Part shown: in pieces, positions 51,432 through 64,000 of the stretch
How positions within the stretch are numbered: position 1 is the first letter of the stretch
Layout: the number at the start of each line of letters is the position of its first letter
Assembly: GCA_002245135.1 (NCBI GenBank)
Contig: NGBS01001181.1
Location: 1-64,000 of the forward strand
Length of the DNA: 64,000 nucleotides
Reading direction: 5' to 3'
Origin: Proteromonas lacertae
Taxonomy: Eukaryota
The notes under the pieces: generated by a model
What the model saw: the letters and a program-made list of their open reading frames with translations, nothing else
Told to the model about the DNA's origin: nothing
Database searches by the model: none
Translations under genes and position numbers: made by a program

Positions 51432-54400
51432 ATGGCTGCTAAAGTAGAGCCCGAAATAATTCCAAATCCTACATCAGTTACTAATACATATTTAAATGGT
51501 CTAGATGCTGATGAAAAGATAGAACCTGATATATCTTACCATGCTAGTCGTATGCGTGCTTCTGAACCTCATAAAGGAGAAATTCTTCCCAATTCTAGAA
51601 TGAATTTAACCGATGTTCAGCCTAATGAAGAATATTTTATTCCAATGGAATTGGCAAAAGAGAAATTAGAAAAAGTGGTTGAAGATATGGATAAAATGCG
51701 TTTGAATCATCTTAAAATGATTCAAGATGCTCAACTCACTTTTAAAGAAATAGATACAAATACAAGAAACCATTACACAAATTTCATCCAACAAGTAAGA
51801 TCTGATGCAAATTCAAGAATTTCTACACACATAAAGACAATTCGTATGCTTGAAAGAGATTTACAAGAAAAAATACAAAACTATACAGAGAAAATATCAT
51901 CATTAGAAGGACAAATCTCAACTCTAACATCTGAAAAAGAACAGATGATGGTAGAAAATCAAAAAACAATAACAGAAATAGAAAATAAATATTCATTACA
52001 AATCAAAGATCTAGAAAATGATTCACATAATCGACAGAAAGAGAATGAAGAAACTATGAAGAAAATGAAAAATAAATCGATAGAAGATCAAAAAATGATT
52101 AAAAATTCAGCTGATAAAGTAGTAGATAAATTAAAGAATGAATTATTATTATCAATGATGAGTGATATGATAAATAGAGTGTCTGGAGAAAACGCATATG
52201 ACAGAGTAATTGAAGCAAACAGAAAATTTTCCAATACATCATCCAATAGTATAAAACAAGTGAATACTGAGTTGCAAAAGTCAAAGAAAGCTGTTGCTGA
52301 TTTGAATAAGATGATAGAAAAGAAGAATAAAGAAATAGAAGATATAAAAAGTCAATTAGAAAAGAAGGATAAAGATATTGCTGATATTCAATCTAAATAT
52401 GATCAAATGTCAAGTTCTAATGAAGATATGACTAAATTAATAGAAGAATTATCAAATACAAAGAAATGTGTAGAAGAAAGAGATAAAGAAATTGAAAATT
52501 TAAAGATAAAAATAAACAGTAATACAATACCAGTAAAACAAGAAGAAAAGAAGGAAGATGTAAGTGTAAAAGGTGATAGTAATAGTAATAATGTTAGTTC
52601 AGATGAATTAAAAGAAATTGAAGATAGATTAAATGCTAAAGAAAATGAATTTAAACAGCTACAGGAGAATTATGATAAAATGAAGATAGATTATGAAAGA
52701 ATAAAACCATTTGAAAATGAGAATAAAATCAACTTAAATAAAATTAATGATTTACAAAATATTGTTAATTCATTACAAAGTAAATCAGATAGTAAAGATC
52801 TAATAAAAGATTTACAGGAAAAGAATAATATAATACAAGAAAAAGAATCAAAGATATTGATATTAAAAGATGAAATTAAACAGATAAAAGATGAATTGAA
52901 AGAAAAAACAAATGATTTTGAAACATTACAAAATGCTAAGAATGAACAAATAAATGCATTAGGAAATGAAATAGAAGAATATAAACAAAAAATTAAAGTA
53001 CTTGAAAGTAGACCTGCAATAGTTGAAGAGAGTAAATCTTCATTATCAGTTAAACCAAAACCAGTAGCTGCTATTGTTCCTGTAGCAACTGTTTCATCAT
53101 CTGATCCATCTGAATTTAGAGAGAAATATACTCAATTAAAGAGACATTATGAAAGTGTAATACAAATTAGAGAAAGAGAGTTATTAAGATCAATGACTGA
53201 TTTGATGGTTAATAAAGTATCTAGTGTTGAAGCGAATGAGAGATTTGTAAAAGAAACAACACAATATTATCAATGTATATATTATTATTATATTATTATT
53301 TAAATAGTAAAATTACAACAAAAACAAAAGAGAATTGATGAATTAACCAAACAAAAAGAACAATTAAAGAAAGAGAGAGATAATATTGTAAATGAAATGA
53401 ATCAAAAGAGATTAGAAGCATTAGAAAGTCTAAATGATGATGAAGAAGATGATAATCAAGGAAATAATCAAGAAGAAAAGAAAGAAGAAATAATTGTTGA
53501 ATCAAAAGGAGGTGAAGAAGTAGATGATGATGAATATAATGCATTATTGAAAACAATAGAATTATTAGAACAAAAGTTAATAGAATTAGAATCGAATAAT
53601 ATACTTAACGAATATAATGAAGCTTATAATAACAAAGTGAATATGACTCAAGAATTGAAACAGTGGAAGGAAGATTATAAGAAAGAAAATGGTAAAGAAA
53701 TGCCAAAGAAAATAATGGAAACAAGAAAAGATGATTTTGTAAAGATAAAGAAATGGGGAGATACTGCAAAGAAATTAAAAAGTGAAGCAGAAAGTATAAA
53801 TTCACAAATTACTCAAGTAAAAGATGATATTAAAGAGAAAAGAGAGCAGTTAGAGAGATTAAAACATAGTGAAAGTAAACAAAGTGAAGATAAGCCAAAG
53901 CCAACAGTAGCAAAAGTTCAATCAAGTGTTCCTGTAGATAATTCAAAATTAAAAGAATTAAAAATATCATTAAAAGCTGCAATAATGAAAGAACAAGAAG
54001 ATTTGAATAAAATAAGAGAATTAGAAGATAAAGTGAATGAATTAGAGCAATCCAATTCACAACTAAAATCAGAATATAATCAATTGAAATATGACTATGA
54101 TAATAACAAGCAAGAATTAGCAGTTAATACATCAGTTGATGTTTCTCAATACACTGAACAAATTGATATATTAAATGATAAAATAGAAGATTATAAACAC
54201 AAAATAGAAGATTTGGATAGTGAAATTAGTGAATTGAAATATGCAAATGTAAAACCATCACCAACAAAAGGAGCTCCAATAGGTAAAGCACCTTCAGCTG
54301 CAGCAGGTGGTGTAAGTAGTGCAGAAGTGAATAAATTGAAGCGTGATTTAGAAAATGCCAATAAAAAAGTAACAGATGGAAATGAACAGATTGTTTCGTT

Positions 54401-56219
54401 GAAGAAAGAAGTTGCTGAATTGAAGAAACAACTGAAAGAAGCACAATCAAAGCCAAAAGCTGCACCTGGAGCAATTGATGAAAAGAGAGCTGCAGAGATG
54501 AAAAAACAGATTAAAGATTTAACTGACGAATTAGAAAAGACAAAGAAAGAATCAAAAGAAGAAATATCAAAGGCTAGAAAAGAAGCTAGTGAATCTGGTA
54601 AGACAGATAAAGAGAAAATAAAGAAGTTAGAAAAAACAGTAAAAGAAAATGAAACAAAAATGAGAATGCAAGAAAAACAGATAAATGATTTACAGAACAA
54701 CACTGGAATTAGTAAAACAGAAGTTGATAAAATGATGAAAGAACAAGCAGCATTATTAAGACAACAAAAAGAACAAAGCCAGAAACAAATTGATGATATT
54801 CAAAAAGAATTAGATAGAACAAAAGCAATAATGGAAAGAGATGTTGGTAATTTAACCAAAGAATTAAATCAAACAAAAGAGAATTTAGATACAACAACCA
54901 AAGAAAGAGATGAAGCAAAGAAAAAGATTGTTGAATTAGAAGCTCAGTTTAAAGATTTGGATGAATTGAGAGAGAAGGCGAATAAATTGAATGAATTAAC
55001 AGAATCTAATAATCGATTACAGAAAGAATATGATGATATGAATACTAAATATAAGAAAGAAGTTGTATTAAGAAAGCAGTTACATAATAAAATAGAAGAT
55101 ATGAATGGCCAAATTAGAGTATATTGTCGTTGTAGACCAATGGCTAAATATGAAATAGAAAAAGGAACAGTTCAATGTGTAGCATTCCCTGATGAATATA
55201 CAATAGAAGTAATGACTCCACAAGGCACAAAACAATTCTTATTCAATAGAGTTTATGATATGAAAAGTACACAAGAAGAAGTATTTGAAGATACTTATAA
55301 TTTGATTCAAAGTGCTTATGATGGTTATAATGTATGTATATTCGCATATGGTCAGACTGGAAGTGGTAAAACATTTACTATGACTGGTTCTGAAGAAATG
55401 CCAGGTATTACTAGAAGATCAATTAATCGTTTATTTGAATTGATTAAAGAGAATGATGGTATTCATGTTGTTAATTTACAAAGTTATATGGTTGAGATTT
55501 ATAATGATAATTTAGTGGATTTGTTCTTTAGATTGAAGAATCAAAAGAATAAGAAAGCACAACCACCAAAATTAAAGATTATTAAAGATGAAAGAAATTT
55601 AGTGAAAGTTAAAGATAGTGTAATATTGCCATTACATACAGAAGAAGAAACTTTGAAATTATTTAATGATGGTAATGAAATGAGACATGTTGGTGCAACA
55701 GCAATGAATGAAGGCTCATCTAGATCACATCTTATATTTAGTATTATATTAGAAGTTAATAATTTACAAACAAAGAAAACTGCATTTGGTAAGATTAGTT
55801 TTATTGATTTAGCTGGTAGTGAAAGAGCTGGTAAAACAGGTGCAACTAATGAAAGATTGAAGGAAGCTATGTCTATTAATAAATCACTTAGTGCTTTAGG
55901 CAATGTTATTAGTGCTTTATCAACTCAAGAGAAGTTTATTCCTTACAGAGATAATCTATTAACTCAGCTTATGCAAGATTCTTTAGGTGGTGATGCTAAA
56001 ACACTCATGTTTGTTAATATTAGTCCTTCAGATTATAATTGTGAAGAAACTTGTCAGTCATTAGCTTATGCACAGAGAGTTAAGATGATTAAGAATAATG
56101 CAACTAAAGATAATGATTCTCAAGAAATAGCTAGATTAAAGAAGATTATTGCAAACTTAAGAGCTGGTGGAGATGGAAATATTGATGATAAGACTGTAGA
56201 AGAAGCTCCAGCAGAATAA
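51432..56219 (+). CDS. Kinesin-14 family C-terminal motor with very long coiled coil
   Basis: One intron at about 53275-53307. Neck RKQLHNKIEDMNGQIRVYCRCRP; AYGQTGSGKT, NEGSSRSH, DLAGSER, IPYRD, SLGGDAKTLMFVNISP. Confidence 0.92.
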
Positions 56220-56352
56220 GATGTATAATAATTTTCTTCTTATCTTTTATTCTTTATACCGTTATATTTTGTTATATTATATGTTAATATGTGTTGCTAT
56301 GGAAGAAAAACAATAGCAGGCTTGAATTCTTATCAAACATCATTTTTTTTAA

Positions 56353-56799
56353 ATGTTGAGAAATCTCCTTAGTCCTTTTCATAATGTTTCAAAAAATGCA
56401 TTATTATATACAAGATGCGCATTTGCTACAGATGAATCACTAAAAATAGATCCTCCAGGTAAATTTGTAAAACTACCATTCTCTGTATTGCTTAAAAATA
56501 TAATTAAATGTTTAGATTGAACGTGTAAAAGTGTCTGGAAAGCTACCAGTTTATACAGGTATTGATTAGTAGTTATTTAATAGATATTCGAAATGGTAAG
56601 ACAAGAGTCACAACAATAATCAGAAAAATACATGGAGATAAGAATGTATTATTATTATAATCATTGTACTTAGGAATTCGTAAAACAGTTACATGAGGTA
56701 GTACCCAACAAATCAATACAAATTAGAGCTGGTAGTGTAGAAGTAAATGGATATGTTGTAAATGAAGTAACAAAATGGTTGACTTCTCTTCATTTTTAG
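56353..56799 (+). CDS. MRPL49: Mitochondrial ribosomal protein L49/Img2
   Basis: Not in the ORF track. Four exons splice to MLRNLLSPF...LPFSIERVKVSGKLPVYTDIRNGKTRVTTIIRKIHGD...VEVNG..VTKWLTSLHF*. Confidence 0.8.
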
Positions 56800-56902
56800 T
56801 TTTATAAGTTATATATATTATTCTATGTTTATTTAAATTAATAAAACATCACCACCAACATTTAAAACAAAAATAAATTAATTAATGAAAAAAAGACATA
56901 AA

Positions 56903-58746
56903 TCACCTCACATTTACATTATTATTACTAGAACCAGTTGAAAAATCTGTTTCAATTGAAATATTACTATTCAACCCCTGTTCAACTGCCTCTTTCTGTT
57001 GTTTCTGTTGTTCTTGAATTCTATTAGCAGTTGCAATTATTGCTTTTTCTACATATTCCTTTAATCCACCTACTTTCCTATGTGCAGTAGTAAATATAAA
57101 CGCCTTCTTATGTTGATATTTAGGGATAGTAACTAATTTCTTTGATATTTTTATTAAATCTTCAATATCAGATGTGAAAATATCATAAACATCATTTGGA
57201 GTTGCTTCATATTTTCTATAATCTTTATTAGTTTTACACTGCAAATAATTCTCTTCTCTTATCTCTCTTAAAAACTTTAATATCATTGTATATTTAATAC
57301 TAATAAATATTAATAAATAATAACAATAATATATATATATACTCTTCTGGAATTTTATATATTTTAATAGCATTTAAATCATGTAGAACAATACTGACAG
57401 TTCTTCTTCCATATGATATTGATTTTCTTTCTGGAGGTTTAGGTTGATTATATTTCTTTAATAAAATTGACTCATACTGATCCCATAATATTCCCATCAT
57501 ATATTTCTTACATTCCATTCTTTTACACCATCTTCTAATGTGTTGTTGTAATAACTTCACATGATAGGAAAAATTACCAATAATCTATAGAAAAATTAAA
57601 TTAAATTAATATAAAAGAAATATATATATACTTTAGCAAAATCATTCATTTTATTATTAGCTATTAAAAATGACTGTATAATATTAGAAGCATGTTTTCT
57701 TCTATTCTTTCTTCTTCTTTCAACTGCTTTAATTGCTAACTTTCTTATTCTAATAACATGTTGTCTATATATTCTACCTCTTTTTATTGCTTCTTTCTGT
57801 TTAAAACAATACTGCAATGATTTACAAACTTGTACTAACTTCATTTTTGCTTTTACTTTTTCTCTTTCAGTTAATCTCTTCATATGACATATTCTTAGAA
57901 ATTCAGCACATGCAAAGAATTCCATTAATATTTTCTGTCTTGCCACTCTTTCAGTTTCTAGTTTTAACATTGTTCTTCTTCTTTCCCATCTTTGCATATC
58001 ATTATCTCGATGATTGTAATTCTCAACCATATGAAATTTACTATTTAAAAAATATATAATGATATTTTTATATACGCTTTTACAATTGCACATTTCATTC
58101 TATATTTCCTTTTATCTGCTTCCATTTGTCTTCTTTTTTCTATTTCTTCTGGTGAATAGTAATTATTATCTACTTCTTCCAACCTTTTCTTTATTATTGT
58201 TGTATTTTTAATTGGATTTAATGATTCTAGTTTTTTATTCAATTTATCATATTCTTCATCATTACATTTTATTTCTTCTATTTTTTGATATATTTTTGTG
58301 TATGTTGGTATTGAATTTGGTATATGACCTACTGTATAAGCTGACTGTCTTAGTTTAATGGATCTTTTTGGTGGTTTTGGATGAGCTAATCTATCCCATA
58401 TATTGTTTGGCATTTTTATTACTCTTCCCTTTCTTATTATTGGTGGATCTTGACCTGGTGGAGGTGGTGGATATAATAATCCAAATTTTGGTTTATTTTT
58501 ATCTTCTTCCTCTAAATTTCTATTTATTCTTAGGCAAGTCCAAGGTCTAGAACTTCCTTTAGTATCAGGATCCTAAAAATCATAATAATCATTAAATAGG
58601 TATACAGAACCTTCAAATCTCGGTAGAAATTTTCTATTAAATACAGGTTTCAATGATGAAAACAATGGAGAAGTATTATCAAAAACTGGATCTTCTTCAA
58701 TCTCTGGTAAATCTGTAGTAAAACCCCAGTCTAATTCATCACCCAT
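56903..58746 (-). CDS. Basic coiled-coil hypothetical protein, paralogue of 61676-63353
   Basis: Multi-exon; shared motifs DPD.KG, W.RLA.PK, NY.SP, M.RWE.RR and ISKKLV. Confidence 0.7.
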
Positions 58747-58890
58747 GCTGATTAAGTCAAATCAATGTAACACTGTTTCCTTGAAGAAATAAAAAAGAAA
58801 ACTGTTTTTCTTGTTGAAATTGGTTTATCGAAATTTTCGAAAACTAGATTTTTTTCTCTGGTTTCTCTTTTTATTATTTTTTTCATTCTC

Positions 58891-60280
58891 ATGCAATCTC
58901 TAAGAAGTTTGGGTTGTGCTTTCCGTAGTCTTAATAGATTTGTACCAAAACAATGTGGTGCAGTAAGATTTCTCAATTTACACGAATATCAAAGCAAAAT
59001 GCTTTTAGATAAGTATATTTATTATTTTAATATATTAAAGATATCAAATTACATGCCAAAAAGGAAGAGAAGCAAACACAGCACAAGAAGCTAGAACTGC
59101 TGCTGAATGGATCTTAAAAGAGAGTATATTAATGCAATCTTATATTTAGATCCAAAAGCTGATTTGATTATTAAAGCCCAAGTACATACAGGAGGTCGTG
59201 GTAAAGGTCATTTCAGATCTGGTTTACAAGGAGGTGTTCATGTTGTAAATAAGTATAAGTAACCCTTCTTATACATTATATAGTGCAGAAACAGTAGAAA
59301 AATTAGCCAAACAAATGATAGGCTACAAATTATTCACAAAACAAACAGGAGCTGAAGGTAAAATCTGTAATCAAGTTTTAATCAATGAAGGTGTGAATAT
59401 TGAGAAAGAATATTATTTTGCCATCTTACTAGATCGTTCAACTGGAGGCCCAGTAATGGTAGCAAGTGCAGAAGGAGGAATGGAAATTGAAGATGTAGCT
59501 GCAAAATCACCAGAGAAAATATTCAAAGAAAGTATAGATTGTGTAAAAGGAATGAGTAAAGAACAAGCTGTAAATATGGCTAAAAGAATAGGTATTAAAG
59601 GAGATGACCAAGTTGAAATGGCATCTACTCAAATGTTAAGATTATATAAATTATTCAAAGAGAATGATGCAACTCAAGTTGAAATTAATCCATTTGCTTA
59701 TGCATATGTTCCTGGTTTTGAGAAGAAATATTACTGTATTGATGCTAAATTAAACTTTGATGATGATGCTAAGTTCAGACATAAGGAATTACACGCTATG
59801 AGAGATCTAACTCAAGAAGATCCAAGAGATGTAACTGCTTCTAAATTAGGAGTTAATTTTGTTGGTTTAGATGGTAGTATTGGATGTATGGTGAATGGAG
59901 CTGGTTTAGCTATGTCTACTATGGATATTATTAAGTTATATGGTGGTAGTCCAGCTAATTTCTTAGATGTAGGTGGTAGTGCTACTAAAGAACAAGTTAG
60001 TAAATCATTAGAAGTAATTACTAGTGATAAACGTGTGAAAGCTATTTTGATTAATATATTTGGTGGTATTATGAGATGTGATATTATTGCTAGTGGTATT
60101 TCACAAGCTTTAGATGATTTACACAAAGACCCTAATTTCAAGATTCCACCACTTGTTGTTAGATTAGAAGGTACTAATGTAAAGCTTGGCAAGGAAATAT
60201 TAAGTAAGAGTCCATATAAGTTAGAATTAGCAAGTGATCTTGATGATGCAGCTAGAAGAGTAACAAAATATGCACATTAA
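58891..60280 (+). CDS. sucC: Succinyl-CoA synthetase beta subunit, mitochondrial
   Basis: Presequence, [73 protein letters not shown]. Confidence 0.95.
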
Positions 60281-60330
60281 ATTGATATTTTGGCATAAAT
60301 ATATTATAATTATATTAATAATGTCTATAA

Positions 60331-61558
60331 TTAGAGGGGTGGTTGTTTTTCTTCTTCAATAATTGTTTCATTCTTATTTATATCATCATCATTTTCATTA
60401 TCTTCTTTCATCATCATTAGTTTTTCATACATTTCATTCAGTTTCATCTCTACCTTGTTTAAATGATATCTTTTATCATAATTAGGACAAATACAATGCT
60501 TTAATAATTTATACATATCTTTACTATATCTATGTCTAGGAATAGCTTTAGATTTGGGAGGAATATCCACATTACCTGTCATTATTGCATATTTCTCAAT
60601 TCCGTTCTCTACTGTCTCAAATGGACTTAATCCAAATAAAATAAAATAAAACGTACATCCTAAAGACCATACATCACATCTATCATCCAAATATATATTT
60701 AATGGAACATCGAATAATTCGGGAGGTCTATAAGAAGCTGTGCATATTCTCTCTGAATCCTCTTGTATATCAGTACAGAGTGCTTTACTATCAACTAAAA
60801 ACTCTCTTGGTCTACAACTACCAAGATCAATTATAATTGGTATGAAATAGGTTGTATTATCGATTTTATCAGTTATTTTGTTGAGTAGTATGTTGTTTGG
60901 TTTTATATCTCTATGGCAAAAGCCATTTAAGTGTATTGATTTCAAACCATTCACTATTCCTAGAAACAATTTCACACAGGTTAATTCACTATAAAATCCA
61001 TTCTCATTATTGTATTTATTATTAATAATGGTGAAGAGAGAATTAAATGGATAATATGGATATATTAATTGATAGTATATTCTATTAGTAAATAAAATTA
61101 GCAAAATTATACTCATTATAAATATTTGATGCTTTTAATGGGGTGACAAATGGATTATGAACGGCTTCACTTACTGCTACTTCACGATTTATATCTTTTA
61201 AATGGTGATTTCCTTGAATTAATATTCTCTTCAAAATGTACAGCTTTGAGTCATTATATGTAGTACAGAGATAGACTTTAGAATAACCACCTTCTGCTAT
61301 TTCTGACTATTTTATTAAACATCGTTTAATATTTATACTAACACAATATAAGTTGTATCATCGATAGTATGTTCTTCAAATCCAAAAACAAATTTAAAAA
61401 ATGAACCAACAAAGTTTAATACACCACTATTATGAATATCTAACAAAAGAGAATGAAAAGAACTTGATTTATACCTTCTGGTTCTATTTCGTAAGGAAAA
61501 TCATACACTCTATACTTATGTTGTATTCTCTATTTCGATAAAAGTATTTATATACCAT
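60331..61558 (-). CDS. STK16: STK16/NAK-family Ser/Thr kinase
   Basis: IAEGGYSKV, HRDIKPNN, DLGS, CTASYRPPELFDV, DDRCDVWSLGC; first exon appears to be ATG only. Confidence 0.8.
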
Positions 61559-61675
61559 ATCTTCACTTATTTACAAAAAAGAAGAAAAAAACTAATACAG
61601 CTCAATACAAAAAATACAAATGTATTTACTAAAAACCACAAAAAACAATAATAGACATGTATATATATGATTATA

Positions 61676-63353
61676 TTAATGTCTAGGTTCGCTCACTATT
61701 CTAGAAGTTCTTCTCATATATGAATTATTACTTATGTTTTTCTCACTACTATTCTGTTTAATTAAACTGTTTCTAGCTGATAATATCTCAGATTTCCTTT
61801 CATCTTCTTCAGTCAAATACTCATTCAAAGCATGCATCACAAAATCTCTAATTCCATTTCTCATTTTTGCTTTTTTAATCAACAAATAATGGTTATATTT
61901 CAAATGTGGTTTTGCTACTAATTTCTTTGATATTTCTTTCACTTTTGTTTCATCAGGATCAAGGAATATATCCTTTATATCATTTTCAGTAGCTATATAA
62001 TTAGTATATCTATTAGCAGTCTTAGTTTCAATGTAATTCTGTTGTCGAATATCTGTTAAAAACATTCCACAATATTTGATTTTATATTTATCTGGCAGTT
62101 TTGTTATTCTTGTGATTTTCACGTTACTACTTACATTTATATGATTTTGCAACATCCTTTCTTTAACTGCTTTCAATTCTTGTGCTTTCTGAGCATTATA
62201 TTGTTTTAATACTTGATTCTCTACTTTATCCCAATATAAATATAATAATTGTTTTTTAGCTTTTATTATTTCATTGTTATATAGTAATATTCTTTTAACT
62301 TTCATGCATTGATGTAAATAAATTTTCATTGATAAAAAGAGTTTTCTATATACTTTTCTTTGTTTTAAAAATTCACATAAATGTGTTGAAGCTATATTAA
62401 TATCTTCAATACAAGTTGATAATCTTCTTCTTCTTCTAATTTGAGGCATTAATACTTCCCAAATCACTTGTCTTACATGATAAAATAATTTTGAATGTTT
62501 TGATAATGAATTATAATATGGAATATAAATAGTTTTTAAATATTTAAGTTTGTTAATAATCTGAATAACGATAAATAATGTATGTATTTTCCTTTTATTA
62601 TTCAATTTCCTTAGTTTTTGTTCTTTTAATTTCCTTCTTATTTCCCATCTATTCATTGATTCAATATATTTCTTCTTCTTCTCTTCTAATATAATTTCAC
62701 TTCTTTCCTTTGCAGTTTCTATTCTTTGTTTTTCATGTAATGAATTTTCAAACACTCTATTTCTTCTATTTATTGGACTAAAATAATTTGATTGGATCTT
62801 CTCCAAATGTTGATCTATTCTTGAATGTCTTCTCTCTTTCATTTCATTTTCTATGTGTTTTAATAGTTTTTCTTCCTCTTTTTCATCTTCCCTTACATTA
62901 TTTAGTTTTTGATATATTTCTAATCGAGGTGAAATACATGGTATTTTATCTAATTTCACTGGAATTTCTTTTACTGATTTTCTAGATTTCATTATTTGCG
63001 AAAAAGTTTTCGGTGTTGCTAATCTTTTCCAAACACCAGCCTCTAATGTAACTTGTTTAGTTTGGCGGATTGGAGATAAGAAGTTAACTTCTTGATTTTG
63101 TATAGGTATAACTCTCGCAGTTTGAGGTGTATTATCTAATTTTTCTGAAACATTCTTCAATGTTCTTAAACTACTCCAGTTTCTACCATTTCCTTTTGAA
63201 TCAGGATCCTATATATATATAAATTAGATAAAATACTTTAGTAGTCCATTTTGGTAATAATTCTTTATTATATACAGGAACAGCTGTTTGTAGAAGATTT
63301 AAACCTCTCAACTTGCTTTTTCTAGGCTGAATTTCTGGTAATTTCTGTAGCAT
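61676..63353 (-). CDS. Basic coiled-coil hypothetical protein, paralogue of 56903-58746
   Basis: ATG 63353, intron before DPDSKG, then a long open exon to 61676. Confidence 0.75.
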
Positions 63354-63521
63354 AATTAATTGTCTTTACTACATAAATAAATATATAAAAAATTGTTGTA
63401 TTTGGTGAGATATTCAAAAAAGAAAAACTGTTATTTTGGAATAATTTTTATACACCCACAAAAATCCCCATAAAATTTAAAAACATGAATAAATAAATAA
63501 TGAAATTAATTAAAGAGTAAA

Positions 63522-64000
63522 TTATGAGGGGATTACTATCGGATCAGGTTTTATTTCTTCCCCATCTTCGTTATACAACTTTCTTTCACTATCTGGATTA
63601 TCATCAAAATTATCTTCATACTGTCCAATCCATTCATCATCCAAGCCACTAAACTCAACTCCACCAGGTTTTAAAGTAAATAAAGCAGACTCTTTCTTAC
63701 TTTCATTAGATGACGTTTTAGAAAGTCTTTTATACTTTTTACTTGATTTTTTAGTATTATTTGTATCAGCAGAAGAACTATTATTCGGTATAAGAGATGG
63801 TTGTGAAGAAGTAGATTGTTTAGAACCTGTTGGGATGGAAGGATATGATGCTGAGTTTAAAGATAATATTTGTTGAATAATACTGTTATTATACAACACA
63901 GGATCTTGTTCTAACACATTAGAATCGATTGTATTAATAGACAATGGAGCTCCACTTGATTTAGGAGTATTTGACTTTTTATTTCTTGTATTTACATGTC
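63522..64000 (-). CDS. 3' part of an unknown protein (5' end outside window)
   Basis: Open frame from the window edge to TAA at 63522; low-complexity Ser/Lys-rich region with an acidic tail. Confidence 0.55.
   Translation of the reverse strand, partial: HVNTRNKKSNTPKSSGAPLSINTIDSNVLEQDPVLYNNSIIQQILSLNSASYPSIPTGSKQSTSSQPSLIPNNSSSADTNNTKKSSKKYKRLSKTSSNESKKESALFTLKPGGVEFSGLDDEWIGQYEDNFDDNPDSERKLYNEDGEEIKPDPIVIPS

Overview
Gene-dense, very AT-rich eukaryotic nuclear DNA with many tiny GT-AG introns (mostly about 25-50 nt, GTAT donors). About 30 protein genes can be reconstructed by manual splicing. Intron size, mitochondrial genes (succinyl-CoA synthetase beta, NDUFAF5, MRPL49, Tim17-family), fucose salvage, nitroreductases and a mastigoneme-type EGF protein suggest a Blastocystis-like stramenopile; this is inference, not verified. 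Highlights: (1) an intronless midasin-like AAA+ giant (>=10 kb, 5'-truncated) with three vWA domains and an extra uncharacterised domain, broken by seven single-base frameshifts that may be assembly errors; (2) an adjacent kinase array with a triple-pseudokinase and four NEK-like kinases sharing an unrecognised ~90-aa C-terminal domain; (3) a decayed axonemal dynein heavy-chain fragment in a gene-poor island between two intronless orphan paralogues; (4) three tandem nitroreductases with a perfect 264-bp shared tract, next to glutathione reductase; (5) a TPR-glycosyltransferase fusion. No rRNA, tRNA, CRISPR or recognisable transposon was seen. Exon boundaries and family calls were made by eye from recalled motifs, not from database searches.
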